DNA from: Myxococcota bacterium | GTDB lineage: Bacteria > Myxococcota_A > UBA9160 > JAFDDA01 | Direction of reading: 5' to 3' | DNA length: 64,000 nucleotides | NCBI GenBank assembly: GCA_965228475.1 | Contig: OZ245817.1 | Location: 1,888,001-1,952,000, forward strand | In this document: one piece after another, positions 12,327 to 22,710 of the stretch | Numbering within the stretch: position 1 is the first letter of the stretch | Layout of the letters: each line of letters starts with the position of its first letter | Program-made: the position numbers and the translations under genes | The notes under the pieces: generated by a model | What the model was told of the DNA's origin: nothing | Database searches by the model: none | What the model saw: the letters and a program-made list of their open reading frames with translations, nothing else

Positions 12327-13349
12327 ATGTCCGAAGCAACCCCGGACGCCACGGCGTCGGACGGGGCGGCCCCCGAAGGCCCCAAGCCCAACGAACCCTT
12401 GACCGTTCGCGCCCTGCTCGAAGCCGGCGCGCACTTCGGCCACCAGACCGGCCGCTGGAACCCGCGGATGAAGCCCTTCATCTTCGGCGACCGCAACGGC
12501 ATCCACATCATCGACCTCGACCAGACGCTCGGGCGCTTCCAGTCCGCCCTCGACTACCTGCGCAGCGTGACCGCGGCCGGCGGCAAGGTGCTGTTCGTCG
12601 GAACGAAGCGTCAGGCCGAGGCGCCGATCGAGCTCGAGGCCAAGCGCGCCAACCAGTTCTACGTGAACAAGCGCTGGCTCGGCGGCATGCTCACGAACTT
12701 CCGCACCGTCAAGAAGTCGATCGACCGCTTCAAGCAGATGATCGCCCTCGTCGAGGACGAGGAGAAGGTTGCGGACCTGAGCAAGCGCGAGCTCTCGCGC
12801 ATCAACCGGCAGATCGAGAAGTACCGCAAGTCACTCGACGGCATTCGCGAGATGGGCCGCCTGCCCGACGCGCTGTTCGTGATCGACGTGAACCGCGAGC
12901 ACATCGCCGTCTCCGAGGCCCAGCGCCTGGGGATTCCGATCGTCGCGATCGTCGACTCGAACTGCAGCCCCGAGGGCGTCGACCTCGTGATTCCCGCCAA
13001 CGACGACGCGATCCGCGCGATCCAGCTCTACTGCGCCCAGGTGGGCGACGCCTGCGCCGAGGGCAACGCGATCCACCAGGACCGCATCATCAGCGAGGCG
13101 GAGTCCCGCCCGGCCGAGGCCAAGGGGCCGAAGCGCGGGCCCGCCTCGGGCCGCAAGGTCGTCGAGATCACGCAGCAGCCGCGCCGCGGCCACCAGGCCG
13201 AGGGCGAGACCCGCGGCAACCGGGGCACCCGGGGACGCGGAGCGAAGAAGGAAGAAGGAGCCGCGCCCGCCGAGGCCGCGGCCCCCACGAGCGAAGCCGC
13301 CGCGCCCGCTGCCGAGAGCACCGAAGCGACGCCGCCGAGCGAAAGCTAG
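12327..13349 (+). CDS. rpsB: 30S ribosomal protein S2 (with low-complexity N- and C-terminal extensions)
   Basis: LLEAGAHFGHQTGRWNPRMKPFIF, FVGTKRQA, RWLGGMLTNF, IPANDDAIRAI. Confidence 0.97.
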   Translation: MSEATPDATASDGAAPEGPKPNEPLTVRALLEAGAHFGHQTGRWNPRMKPFIFGDRNGIHIIDLDQTLGRFQSALDYLRSVTAAGGKVLFVGTKRQAEAPIELEAKRANQFYVNKRWLGGMLTNFRTVKKSIDRFKQMIALVEDEEKVADLSKRELSRINRQIEKYRKSLDGIREMGRLPDALFVIDVNREHIAVSEAQRLGIPIVAIVDSNCSPEGVDLVIPANDDAIRAIQLYCAQVGDACAEGNAIHQDRIISEAESRPAEAKGPKRGPASGRKVVEITQQPRRGHQAEGETRGNRGTRGRGAKKEEGAAPAEAAAPTSEAAAPAAESTEATPPSES

Positions 13350-13368
13350 AACAGAGAGGACGGATTCC

Positions 13369-14250
13369 ATGGCCATCTCCGCCAAGGACGTAAAGGCGCT
13401 GCGCGAGCGGACCGGCGCCGGCATGATGGATTGCAAGAAGGTGCTCACCGAAGCCGACGGTGACATCGACAAGGCGATCGAACTGTTGCGAGAGCGCGGC
13501 CTCGCCAAGGCCGCCAAGCGCGAAGGGCGCGCGACGACCGAGGGCACCGTGGCGATCGTCACCGACGGCGCCGCGGGCGCCATCGTCGAGCTCGGCTGCG
13601 AGACCGACTTCGTCGCCAAGACGGACGATTTCCAGGCCCTCGCGGCGGAAATCGCCCAGGCCGTCGTGAAGGACGCCTCGATCACCGACGCGGCGGCGGC
13701 GCTCGAAGCCTCCGTCGGCGGGCAGAAGCTCTCGGACCGCCTCGGCGAGGCCGTGGGCAAGCTCGGGGAGAACGTGCAGCTCAAGCGCGCGGGCCGGCTC
13801 GAGGCCGGAAACGGGATCGCCGGCGGCTACGTCCACGCGGGCGGCCGCCTCGGCGTCCTCGTCGGGCTCGCCACGGACGGCTCGGGAGACGCGGTCGTGG
13901 GCCTCGCGAAGGACCTCGCCATGCACGTCGCCGCCGCCGACCCGGCGCCCGTGGCCGTGGATCGCGACGGCGTGTCCTCGGAGCTGATCGAGCAGGAGCG
14001 CACGATCTACCGGCGCCAGGCCGAGCAGGAAGGCAAGCCCGAGAAGATCCTCGACCGGATCGTCGACGGGAAGATCGGCAAGTTCTACTCGGACGTCTGC
14101 CTGCTCGAGCAGGCCTTCGTGAAGGACCCCGACAAGACCATCGCGGAGCTCCTGAAGGACGCGGCCGGCAAGATCGGCAGCGACGTCACGGTGACGGGCT
14201 TCGTCCGCTACCGGCTCGGCGAGGGGGCCGCGGAAGAGGAGACCGAGTGA
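13369..14250 (+). CDS. tsf: Elongation factor Ts
   Basis: [42 protein letters not shown]. Confidence 0.97.
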   Translation: MAISAKDVKALRERTGAGMMDCKKVLTEADGDIDKAIELLRERGLAKAAKREGRATTEGTVAIVTDGAAGAIVELGCETDFVAKTDDFQALAAEIAQAVVKDASITDAAAALEASVGGQKLSDRLGEAVGKLGENVQLKRAGRLEAGNGIAGGYVHAGGRLGVLVGLATDGSGDAVVGLAKDLAMHVAAADPAPVAVDRDGVSSELIEQERTIYRRQAEQEGKPEKILDRIVDGKIGKFYSDVCLLEQAFVKDPDKTIAELLKDAAGKIGSDVTVTGFVRYRLGEGAAEEETE

Positions 14251-14963
14251 AAGCCGCCTATCCGCGCGTGTTGCTGAAGCTCTCCGGCGAGGTGCTCGCC
14301 GGCGACGACGGCTTCGGGATCAACCCCGCGGAGATCGCGCGCATCGCCGGCGAGGTGCGGGACGCACACGCCCTCGGTGCGCAGATCGGCATCGTGATCG
14401 GTGGCGGGAACATCATCCGGGGCGCCACCGCGGCGGCCCAGGGGATGGACCGCGCCAACGCCGACTACATGGGGATGCTCGGCGGCGTGATCAACGGACT
14501 GGCGCTGCAGGGAGCGCTCGAGGAGGCCGGCCTCCAGACGCGGGTCCTCACCGCCATCGAGATCAAGCAGATCGCCGAGCCCTACATCCGCCGGCGCGCG
14601 GTGCGGCACCTCGAGAAGGGCCGCGTCGTGATCTTCGCGGCCGGCACCGGCAACCCCTACTTCACGACCGATACGGCGGCGGCGCTCCGGGCGGCCGAGA
14701 TCCACGCCGATACGATCCTGAAGGGAACGAAGGTCGACGGCGTCTACGACTCGGATCCGAAGAAGAACCCGGACGCCGTGCGCTTCGAGCAGCTCTCCTA
14801 CGACCAGGCCATCCGCGACAACCTGGCGTTCATGGACCAGACGGCCATCGCGCTGTGCCGGGAGAACTCGCTCCCGATCCTGGTGTTCGACATGACGGCG
14901 CCGGGAAACATCGCGAAGGTCGTCGCGGGCGAGAAGCTCGGGACGAGGGTCGGCGGGCCCTAG
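14247..14963 (+). CDS. pyrH: UMP kinase
   Basis: [43 protein letters not shown]. Confidence 0.97.
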   Translation: MKAAYPRVLLKLSGEVLAGDDGFGINPAEIARIAGEVRDAHALGAQIGIVIGGGNIIRGATAAAQGMDRANADYMGMLGGVINGLALQGALEEAGLQTRVLTAIEIKQIAEPYIRRRAVRHLEKGRVVIFAAGTGNPYFTTDTAAALRAAEIHADTILKGTKVDGVYDSDPKKNPDAVRFEQLSYDQAIRDNLAFMDQTAIALCRENSLPILVFDMTAPGNIAKVVAGEKLGTRVGGP

Positions 14964-14993
14964 GCGCGCGGCCAGGAAAAGGAGAGAGCAGCC

Positions 14994-15563
14994 GTGTCGG
15001 AGGAAGACGTTTCCCTCGTCCTGGAAGAGACGAGCCAGCAGATGGACAAGGCCGTGGAGCACCTGCGCCACGACCTCCAGAAGATCCGCACGGGGCGGGC
15101 CAGCACGGCCCTGCTCGACGGCATCTCCGCCGACTACTACGGCACGATGACCCCCCTGAACCAGCTCGCCACGCTCTCGGCCCCGGACCCGCGGCTGATC
15201 GTGATCTCGCCCTTCGACAAGGGCGCGATGCAGGCGATCGAGAAGGCCATCCAGACCTCGGACCTCGGTCTCACGCCCGCCAACGACGGCAAGGTGATCC
15301 GGATCCCCATCCCGCCGCTCACCGAAGAGCGCCGCAAGGAGCTGGTCAAGCACGTCCACAAGGTGGCCGAACAGCACAAGGTGGGAGTGCGCGAAGCGCG
15401 CCGGGACGGCCTGGCGCTGCTCAAGGATTCCCAGAAGGAAGGTTCCCTTTCCGAGGACGACAAGCGCCGCGCCGAGAAGAAGGTGCAGGACGTGACGGAC
15501 GCCGCCACCGCGACGATCGACAAGATGGCGCAGCAGAAGGAAGAGGAAGTCCTCGAGGTCTAG
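14994..15563 (+). CDS. frr: Ribosome recycling factor
   Basis: KIRTGRAS, YYGTMTPLNQLA, GLTPANDGKVIRIPIPPLTEERRKELVK. Confidence 0.97.
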   Translation: MSEEDVSLVLEETSQQMDKAVEHLRHDLQKIRTGRASTALLDGISADYYGTMTPLNQLATLSAPDPRLIVISPFDKGAMQAIEKAIQTSDLGLTPANDGKVIRIPIPPLTEERRKELVKHVHKVAEQHKVGVREARRDGLALLKDSQKEGSLSEDDKRRAEKKVQDVTDAATATIDKMAQQKEEEVLEV

Positions 15564-15570
15564 CCCGACC

Positions 15571-16329
15571 ATGAGCGAACGCCGGCTCCACAAAGAACAC
15601 ATCCCGCGCCACGTCGCCATCATCATGGACGGCAACGGGCGCTGGGCCGAGGCGCGCGGCCTCGAGCGCAACGCGGGCCACCGCGAAGGCGTCGAGGCGG
15701 TGAAGGCCACGGTGCGTGCGGCCAACGAGCTCGGCATTCCCCGGCTGACCCTCTACTCCTTCTCGAGCGAGAACTGGAACCGGCCGAAGACCGAGGTCCA
15801 GGAGCTGATGCGCCTGCTCGACCAGTACCTCGAGAGCGAAGTCGACGAGGTCATGCGCAACGGCATCCGCATCCAGGCCGTCGGGCGCCTCGACCGCCTG
15901 CCGCCGGTCGTGCGCAAGCGCCTCGAGGAAGTGATCGAGCGTTCGAAGGACAACCGGGAGATGACGCTCGTCTTCGCGCTCTCCTACGGTGGCCGACAGG
16001 AGATCGTGGACGCCGTGCGCGGCATCCTGAAAGACGCGGAGCAGGGGAAGCTCGACGCCGAGGCCATCGACGAGAAGTCCTTCGCGGCCTACCTCTACGC
16101 TCCCGACGCGCCGGATCCGGACCTGCTGATCCGCACGGGCTCCGAGCTGCGCATCTCGAACTTCCTGCTCTGGCAGATCGCCTACACGGAGATCCACGCT
16201 GCGCCGGTGATGTGGCCGGACTTCCGCAAGGAACACCTGGTCGAGGCGCTGCTCGACTACCAGGACCGCGAGCGCCGCTACGGGCTCACGAGCCAGCAGG
16301 TCCGAGGCCCCCGGCCGGAGGAGCAATGA
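15571..16329 (+). CDS. uppS: Undecaprenyl diphosphate synthase (isoprenyl transferase)
   Basis: PRHVAIIMDGNGRWA, FSSENWNRP, SYGGRQEI, PDLLIRTGSELRISNFLLWQIAYTE. Confidence 0.96.
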   Translation: MSERRLHKEHIPRHVAIIMDGNGRWAEARGLERNAGHREGVEAVKATVRAANELGIPRLTLYSFSSENWNRPKTEVQELMRLLDQYLESEVDEVMRNGIRIQAVGRLDRLPPVVRKRLEEVIERSKDNREMTLVFALSYGGRQEIVDAVRGILKDAEQGKLDAEAIDEKSFAAYLYAPDAPDPDLLIRTGSELRISNFLLWQIAYTEIHAAPVMWPDFRKEHLVEALLDYQDRERRYGLTSQQVRGPRPEEQ

Positions 16330-17525
16330 GCTCCGGCCCGCGCCGGCTGGTGGTGCTCGGGAGCACCGGCAGCGTCGGCGAGCAGACCCTTGACGTCGTT
16401 TCGGGCTTCCCGGATCGCTTCCAGGTGACCGCGCTGGCCGCCGGCCGCAACGTCGCGAAGCTCGCCGAGCAGGTGAAGCAATTCCGCCCGTCCCTGGTTT
16501 CGCTGGCCTCCGAGGCCGACGCCGGCGCCCTGCGCGAAGGGCTCGGGGCCGAGTTCCGCGATCTCGACGTCCGCTGCGGAGAGGACGGCCTGCTGGCCGT
16601 CGCGACCTCGCCGGGCGATCTCGTCATGGCGGCGCTGGTCGGGGCCGTCGGGCTGCAGCCGACGCTGGCGGCGATCCGCGCGGGCCGCGACATCGCCCTC
16701 GCGAACAAGGAAGTGCTCGTCATGGCCGGCGCCCTCGTGCGCCGCGAGGTGGCCGCGCGCGGCACCACGCTCCTGCCCGTCGACAGCGAGCACAACGCGA
16801 TCTTCCAGGCCCTGGCCGGCCAGCGGCGCCGCGACGTCGCGCGCCTGCTGCTGACGGCCTCGGGCGGCCCGTTCCGCACCTGGAGCGCCGAGCGCATCGC
16901 GAACGCCCGCGTGGCCGAGGCCCTCGACCACCCGAACTGGGACATGGGCCCGAAGATCACGATCGATTCCGCGAGCCTGATGAACAAGGGCCTCGAGGTG
17001 ATCGAAGCGCGCTGGCTGTTCGACGTGCCGCCCGAGCGGGTGGACGTCGTCGTGCACCCGCAGTCGATCGTCCACTCCCTGGTCGAGTTCGTGGACGGCT
17101 CGGTGCTCGCGCAGCTCGGCCTGCCGGACATGCGCGTGCCGATCGCCGTGTGTCTGGCCCACCCGGAGCGGCTGCCGCTCGACCTGCCGCGCCTCGATCT
17201 GGCCGAGCACGCCCGGCTCGACTTCGAGGCCCCGGACCGGCAGCGCTTCCCGAACCTCGACCTCGCGTATCGTGCGCTCGCGGGCTCGGAAGCGGCCCCG
17301 GCCGTGCTGAACGCCGCCAACGAGGTCGCCGTGGCCGCCTTCCTCGACGAAAAGATCTCCTTTGGCACTTTGTCGGAGGTGAACCGGACGGTGCTCGAGG
17401 CGCATCTGAACGAAAAGGCCGGTGAGAAGGTCGAAAGCCTGGACGCCGTGGTCGCGGCGGACGAATGGGCCCGGGCCTGTGCCCTGGCCTGTGTCGAGAA
17501 CGCCGGGGAACCCGGGAGAGACTGA
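16326..17525 (+). CDS. dxr: 1-deoxy-D-xylulose-5-phosphate reductoisomerase
   Basis: LGSTGSVG, LANKE, LPVDSEHNAIFQ, LTASGGPFR, HPNWDMGPKITIDSA, NKGLEVIEA. ATG overlaps the uppS stop. Confidence 0.96.
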   Translation: MSSGPRRLVVLGSTGSVGEQTLDVVSGFPDRFQVTALAAGRNVAKLAEQVKQFRPSLVSLASEADAGALREGLGAEFRDLDVRCGEDGLLAVATSPGDLVMAALVGAVGLQPTLAAIRAGRDIALANKEVLVMAGALVRREVAARGTTLLPVDSEHNAIFQALAGQRRRDVARLLLTASGGPFRTWSAERIANARVAEALDHPNWDMGPKITIDSASLMNKGLEVIEARWLFDVPPERVDVVVHPQSIVHSLVEFVDGSVLAQLGLPDMRVPIAVCLAHPERLPLDLPRLDLAEHARLDFEAPDRQRFPNLDLAYRALAGSEAAPAVLNAANEVAVAAFLDEKISFGTLSEVNRTVLEAHLNEKAGEKVESLDAVVAADEWARACALACVENAGEPGRD

Positions 17526-19225
17526 TGCTGAGCGGACTCTACGACGCCTCCTCCTTCATGTTCGCCTTCGTCGCGATGCTCGGCGTGCTGATCTTCGTCC
17601 ACGAGCTCGGGCACTTCCTCGTCGCCAAGGCCTGCGGCGTGCGCGTGCTGAAGTTCTCGCTCGGCTTCGGCCCGCCGATCGGCTTCGGCCGCTACCGCAT
17701 GCGCTGGGAGCGCGGCGGGACCGAGTACGTCGCCGCGTGGTTCCCGCTCGGCGGCTTCGTGAAGATGCTCGGCGAGAACCCGGACGAAGAGGACGAGCCC
17801 GAGGTCGTCGCGAGCCCCGAAGAGGCGCTCAACAACAAGAACCTCTTCCAGAAGCTCGCCATCGTGATGGCCGGGCCGGCCATGAACCTGCTGCTACCCG
17901 TCCTGATCTTCTGGGTGCAGCTCGCCGTGGGGCTCCCGCGTGGGGCACCGGTCGTCGGCACCGTCGAGCCCGGCTCGCCGGGGGCCGAAGCGGGGCTCCT
18001 GCCGGGCGACGAGATCCGCGCCATCGACGGCGAGCCCGTGGCCTGGTGGATCGAGGCCGAGTCGAAGCTCAACCAGGCGCCGAACGAGACCCTGGCGCTG
18101 ACCGTCGCCCGGGACGGCGCGGAGCGCGAGATCCGCCTGCCCGTCGCCGCCCGCGCGGGCATCGACGACTACGGCGCCGTGGCCGAGCTCGGCTGGAGCG
18201 GCCTCCTGCACTCGCGCCAGCAGGCCCTGCTCGGCGTGCGCGACGCGGCTTCGCCGGCGAGCCAGGCGGGCCTGCGCTCCGGGGATCGCGTCGAGGCCGT
18301 CGCCGGCGAAGAGATCGAAGACTGGTCCGCTTTCTCGGCCGCCTACGCCGCGGCGAGCGGGCCCGTGAGCCTGACCGTCTCCCGCGCGCCCGTCGGCGCC
18401 GCGGAGGACGCCGAGCGCGAGAGCGTCGAGGTCACCGTGCCCGCCGTCGGCAGCGTGGATGCGCTCGGCGTGCTTCCGGCCGCGGTGCTGATCGCCCAGG
18501 TGACGCCCGATTCCGCCGCCGACGAGGCCGGCCTCGAGCCGGGCGACCTGATCGTCTCGGTCGACGGCGCGCCGCTCGGAAGCTTCGGCGCCCTGGTCGA
18601 CGCCGTCCGCACGAGCGAGGGCCGGGCGCTCGAGATCGCCTACGCCCGCGACGGCGAGACCCGCGCCGTGCCGATCGCCCCCCGCAAGCAGGAAGCCAAG
18701 AACGCCCTCGGCGTGCCCGAGGTGCGCTGGCTGATCGGCATCCAGTCCGAGGTCGCGGCCCTCGTCGGCGCGGTGAAGCCGGACCGCGAGCGCAACCCGA
18801 TGGTCGCGATCCCGCGCGCCTTCGAGATGACCGCCGAGTCGACGGGCCGCGTGCTCACGGGCTTCAAGAAGCTCATCACCGGCGAGGTCGAGCGCAACAA
18901 CATCTCGGGCCCGATCGGCATCGCCGTGATCGCCCACAAGGCCCTCGAAGCCGGCTGGGAGATCTATCTCGGCATGCTGATCATGATCAGCATCAACCTC
19001 GGCATCCTGAACCTGCTGCCGATCCCCGTGCTCGACGGCGGCCAGGCCGTGCTCTTCCTGGTGGAAGGCATCAAGCGCAGCCCGCTCTCGATCCGCACCA
19101 AGGAAGCCTTCCAGACCGCCGGCGTGATGGCGCTGCTCTTCCTGATGGGCTTCGCCTTCTGGAACGACATCAGTCGTTTCTGGGGCACCTTCGTCGGGTA
19201 CCTGAAGGAGAGTACGGGCCTCTAG
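17525..19225 (+). CDS. rseP: RIP metalloprotease RseP (site-2 protease, three PDZ-like repeats)
   Basis: VHELGHF, PLGGFVKM, AGPAMN, NLLPIPVLDGG. Three SP-x-x-AGL-x-x-GD type PDZ segments. Confidence 0.95.
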   Translation: MLSGLYDASSFMFAFVAMLGVLIFVHELGHFLVAKACGVRVLKFSLGFGPPIGFGRYRMRWERGGTEYVAAWFPLGGFVKMLGENPDEEDEPEVVASPEEALNNKNLFQKLAIVMAGPAMNLLLPVLIFWVQLAVGLPRGAPVVGTVEPGSPGAEAGLLPGDEIRAIDGEPVAWWIEAESKLNQAPNETLALTVARDGAEREIRLPVAARAGIDDYGAVAELGWSGLLHSRQQALLGVRDAASPASQAGLRSGDRVEAVAGEEIEDWSAFSAAYAAASGPVSLTVSRAPVGAAEDAERESVEVTVPAVGSVDALGVLPAAVLIAQVTPDSAADEAGLEPGDLIVSVDGAPLGSFGALVDAVRTSEGRALEIAYARDGETRAVPIAPRKQEAKNALGVPEVRWLIGIQSEVAALVGAVKPDRERNPMVAIPRAFEMTAESTGRVLTGFKKLITGEVERNNISGPIGIAVIAHKALEAGWEIYLGMLIMISINLGILNLLPIPVLDGGQAVLFLVEGIKRSPLSIRTKEAFQTAGVMALLFLMGFAFWNDISRFWGTFVGYLKESTGL

Positions 19226-19239
19226 GCGCCCGCTCGGGT

Positions 19240-19935
19240 CTAGCGCCGGCCTCGCGTGCGAAACGCGAACGCCGCGGCGGCGCAGGCGAGCAGCGCCACC
19301 GGCCCGGGTTCGGGCACCGGCGAGAAGGTCGTCAGCACCCGGACGTAGTCCCCGGGCGTGTTCGCGGCCCAGTCGACCGTCACCTCGCGCAGGCCCGTGA
19401 TCGTGACCGAGTCGCCCCCTTCGAGCCCGCGCAGCCCCGGGGCCTGGTAGGTCACGCCCGTGTTGGCGAGGAAGTCGCTGGCGGTCAGCAGCGCAGAGCT
19501 GCTGATCACGGCGAGGATGTCCGAATCGAAGGTGACGGTACCGACCTGGGACCGCCGGATGGAGCCGGCCGGGTCGAAGGCGATGTAGTGACTGGCGACG
19601 GTGGTTCCTGCGGCGAGCGTCCCCTCGCCGGCGCTGCCCCCCATTCCATCGGCGATCTGGCTCACATCGAGCGGCGCCGGAAGCACGATGTTCTGGTCCT
19701 CATCGAAGGCGAAGAGGTTCAGGGATTGCAGGGAGTTCTGTCCGACCGTGTTGTCCGGGTCGGACTCCGTGAAGGGCACCGTGAGCTTCACGAACACGCC
19801 GCCGTTGTCGAAGGAGTAGCCGCCGGTGACGGCGCCGCCGATGACGGTGGCTGCCGCGGGGCTGGCGGCGAGCAGCAGGGCGCCGAGCAGGGCGAGGGTT
19901 CGGGCGGGGGCTTCGAGCGGCAGGATCGGTCGCAT
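19240..19935 (-). CDS. PEP-CTERM sorting domain-containing secreted protein
   Basis: N-terminal signal peptide. C-terminal VPEPGPVALLACAAAAFAFRTRGRR (PEP + TM + basic tail). SD GGAGGAG upstream. Confidence 0.88.
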   Translation of the reverse strand: MRPILPLEAPARTLALLGALLLAASPAAATVIGGAVTGGYSFDNGGVFVKLTVPFTESDPDNTVGQNSLQSLNLFAFDEDQNIVLPAPLDVSQIADGMGGSAGEGTLAAGTTVASHYIAFDPAGSIRRSQVGTVTFDSDILAVISSSALLTASDFLANTGVTYQAPGLRGLEGGDSVTITGLREVTVDWAANTPGDYVRVLTTFSPVPEPGPVALLACAAAAFAFRTRGRR

Positions 19936-20018
19936 GGTTTCTCCTCCCGATTCAGTGGTGGGCCGGGCCCCTTTGTGGCACCCGCGAGCGGGCCACGGGG
20001 CGGCTACCCTCCGCGCCC

Positions 20019-20708
20019 ATGCGGATCCTGGCCATCGAGAGCGCGACGGAAGAGCCGTCGGTCGCCGTCGTTTCCGGGGAGGGCGTGCTCGCCCTGCGGC
20101 CGGCCTCCCGGGACGCGCGGCGCTCGGAAACGCTGCTGCCGGCGATCGTCCACGTGCTCGACGAGGCCGGCCTCGCGCTCGCCGACCTCCACGGCTTCGC
20201 CATCGCCATCGGCCCGGGCTCCTTCACGGGCCTGCGCGTCGGCCTCGCGACCCTCAAGGGAATCGCCTTCGGCGACGACCGCCCGGCCGCTGGCGTTCCG
20301 ACCCTCGACGCCCTGATGCTCCAGGCCGGCGAGCCGCGGCCGGCGCCGGTGGTGGCGGCCCTCGACGCCCGCCGGGGCGAGGTCTACGCCCAGGTCTTCG
20401 CCGAAGGGGCGGGCGAGGAGCCCCTGGTGCCGGAAGGGCTCTACCGGCCCGAAGCGCTCGGCGCGCTTCTGCCCGAGGGACTCGGGAAGGGAATCCTGGT
20501 CGGAGACGGCGCGCGGGTCCTTGCCGGGACGCTGGGCCCGGCCTTCGAGGCGCTTCCAGTGGGCCCCTCCGCGGCGCAGGTCGGAGCCCTGGGGCTCCGG
20601 AGTCTCCGGGCAGGCCAGGGCATTCCCGCCCGCGAGCTCACCCCGTACTACGGGCGCCGCGCCCAGGCGGAAGTCGAGCGGACCGGGAGCGCCACCGAGG
20701 CGCGCTAG
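20019..20708 (+). CDS. tsaB: tRNA t6A biosynthesis protein TsaB
   Basis: [32 protein letters not shown]. Confidence 0.93.
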   Translation: MRILAIESATEEPSVAVVSGEGVLALRPASRDARRSETLLPAIVHVLDEAGLALADLHGFAIAIGPGSFTGLRVGLATLKGIAFGDDRPAAGVPTLDALMLQAGEPRPAPVVAALDARRGEVYAQVFAEGAGEEPLVPEGLYRPEALGALLPEGLGKGILVGDGARVLAGTLGPAFEALPVGPSAAQVGALGLRSLRAGQGIPARELTPYYGRRAQAEVERTGSATEAR

Positions 20709-20736
20709 CGGCCTCTCCTGCGAGGTCGGGCCGCCT

Positions 20737-20765
20737 TTGACACCCCTGGGGCCTTCCCATAAGAT
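20737..20765 (+). promoter_or_regulatory. Sigma70-type promoter upstream of ilvC
   Basis: TTGACA (20737-20742), 17 nt spacer, TAAGAT (20760-20765). Confidence 0.75.
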
Positions 20766-20976
20766 CGCGTCCAAGCAACGGAAACGCGCGATCGGCGCGC
20801 CTTCGCGGGCTCCGTCGTCGACCATCGCCGGACGCGATGGCGCAGCGCGTCGCCGAACCTCGAACCTGCGGACTGGATCCCCCGAGACGCCGTATCGTCC
20901 CGGAACGCCGAATCCTCCGGGCAGGCAGGCCCCACCCAAACGGGCCGCCGGACCCGAGCACCCCAAGGAGAGACCG

Positions 20977-21999
20977 ATGGCACTGAACACCTACTACGAC
21001 AAGGACGCGGACCTCGGCCGGCTGGAAGGCAAGACCGTCGCCGTGATCGGCTACGGCAGCCAGGGCCACGCGCACACGCTGAACCTGCGCGACTCGGGCG
21101 TCGACGTCGTCGTCGGCCTCCGCAAGGACTCGAGCTCGCGCCCGAAGGCCGAGGCCGAGGGGATCCGCGTGCTCGAGCCCGCCGAGGCCGCGCGCACCGC
21201 GGACCTCGTGATGATGGCGGTGCCCGACGAGCTCATGGCCGACATCTACAAGGAAGAGATCGGGCCGAACCTCGAGCCCGGCAACTACCTCGCCGTGGCG
21301 CACGGCTTCAACATCCACTTCGGCCAGATCGCGCCGCCCGAGGGCGTGAACGTGATCATGATCGCGCCGAAGGGCCCGGGCCACACGGTGCGCGGCCAGT
21401 ACGAAGAGGGGCGCGGCGTGCCGTGCCTCGTGGCCGTCCACTCGGACCCGTCGGGCGACTCGCTGCAGATGGCGCTCGCCTACGCGAAGGGCCTCGGCGG
21501 CGGCCGCTCCGGCATCATCGAGACGAACTTCCGCGAGGAGACCGAGACGGACCTCTTCGGCGAGCAGGTCGTGCTCTGCGGCGGCCTGACGGCGCTCATG
21601 ACGGCCGGCTACGAGACGCTCGTCGAGGCGGGCTACGCCCCGGAGATGGCGTACTTCGAGACGATCCACGAGGTGAAGCTGATCGTGGACCTGATCTACG
21701 AAGGTGGCCTGGCCAACATGCGGTACTCGGTCTCGAACACGGCCGAGTACGGCGACCTCACGCGCGGGCCGCGGGTGGTGGACGCCGGCGTGAAGGAGCG
21801 CATGAAGGAGGTGCTCGGGGAGATCCAGCGCGGCGACTTCGCGCGCGAGTTCATCCTCGAGAAGAAGGCGGGCAACGCCGGCTTCCAGGCGCTCCGCCGC
21901 CAGGGCGAAGAGCACGATCTCGAGAAGGTCGGGGCGAAGCTGCGCGGCCTCATGCCGTGGCTCGAGCAGAAGCGCCTGGTCGACCGCAGCAAGAACTAG
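20977..21999 (+). CDS. ilvC: Ketol-acid reductoisomerase
   Basis: [54 protein letters not shown]. Confidence 0.97.
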   Translation: MALNTYYDKDADLGRLEGKTVAVIGYGSQGHAHTLNLRDSGVDVVVGLRKDSSSRPKAEAEGIRVLEPAEAARTADLVMMAVPDELMADIYKEEIGPNLEPGNYLAVAHGFNIHFGQIAPPEGVNVIMIAPKGPGHTVRGQYEEGRGVPCLVAVHSDPSGDSLQMALAYAKGLGGGRSGIIETNFREETETDLFGEQVVLCGGLTALMTAGYETLVEAGYAPEMAYFETIHEVKLIVDLIYEGGLANMRYSVSNTAEYGDLTRGPRVVDAGVKERMKEVLGEIQRGDFAREFILEKKAGNAGFQALRRQGEEHDLEKVGAKLRGLMPWLEQKRLVDRSKN

Positions 22000-22017
22000 G
22001 AGCCAGCGAGGTCTCGC

Positions 22018-22710
22018 ATGGGCGAGGAGCAACGCGCGCCGGAGCCCCCCCACTTCTCCGAACGGCCTACCGAGGCGGTCGTGCCGGACGCGTGGGTGCT
22101 CGCCTCGGTGCCGATCGTGGTGGCGGCCTTCGCGCGCTGGTTCGACGTGACGCCGCTCCTGTGGCTCGGGGTCGGTCTGGCCGTCTTCACGGTGGCCTTC
22201 TTCCGCAACCCGAACCGCACCATCCCGGGCGACGAACGCACCGTCGTGTCGCCGGCGGACGGCCGCGTCATCGAGGTGGGCGTGATCGAGGAGCCCGACG
22301 GCACGAAGGCGCTGCGCATCGGGATCTTCCTCTCGGTCTTCAACGTCCACGTGAACCGCATGCCGCTGGCGGGGCGGGTCGAGTCCGTCGACCGGGCCGG
22401 CACGAAATACCTCGCGGCCTTCGACCGGCGCGCCGAGGGCGAGAACGTGCGCTCGACACTCACGATGCGGACGGCGGCCGGCGAGCGCTTCCGCGTCACC
22501 CAGATCACGGGGCTCATCGCGCGGCGCATCGTCTCGCATCCGCAGGTCGGCGAGTGGGTCGGCCGCGGTGTGCGCTACGGCCTCATCCGCTTCGGCTCGC
22601 GCACGGACGTCGTGCTCCCCGAGGCCGCCGTGGCTCGCGTGGCCCCCGGCGAGCGGGTGCGCGGCGGAAGTACGATACTCGCAGTGATGCCCGGGGGGTC
22701 CGCCACATGA
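22018..22710 (+). CDS. psd: Phosphatidylserine decarboxylase proenzyme (short type)
   Basis: FFRNPNR, SPADGRV, IFLSVFNVHVNRMP, QITGLIARRI, IRFGSRTD (autocleavage GS). Confidence 0.92.
   Translation: MGEEQRAPEPPHFSERPTEAVVPDAWVLASVPIVVAAFARWFDVTPLLWLGVGLAVFTVAFFRNPNRTIPGDERTVVSPADGRVIEVGVIEEPDGTKALRIGIFLSVFNVHVNRMPLAGRVESVDRAGTKYLAAFDRRAEGENVRSTLTMRTAAGERFRVTQITGLIARRIVSHPQVGEWVGRGVRYGLIRFGSRTDVVLPEAAVARVAPGERVRGGSTILAVMPGGSAT

Noticed and set aside
20837..20986. ilvC attenuator leader peptide
   Set aside because: The ORF has no run of Ile/Leu/Val codons and no U-tract terminator follows.
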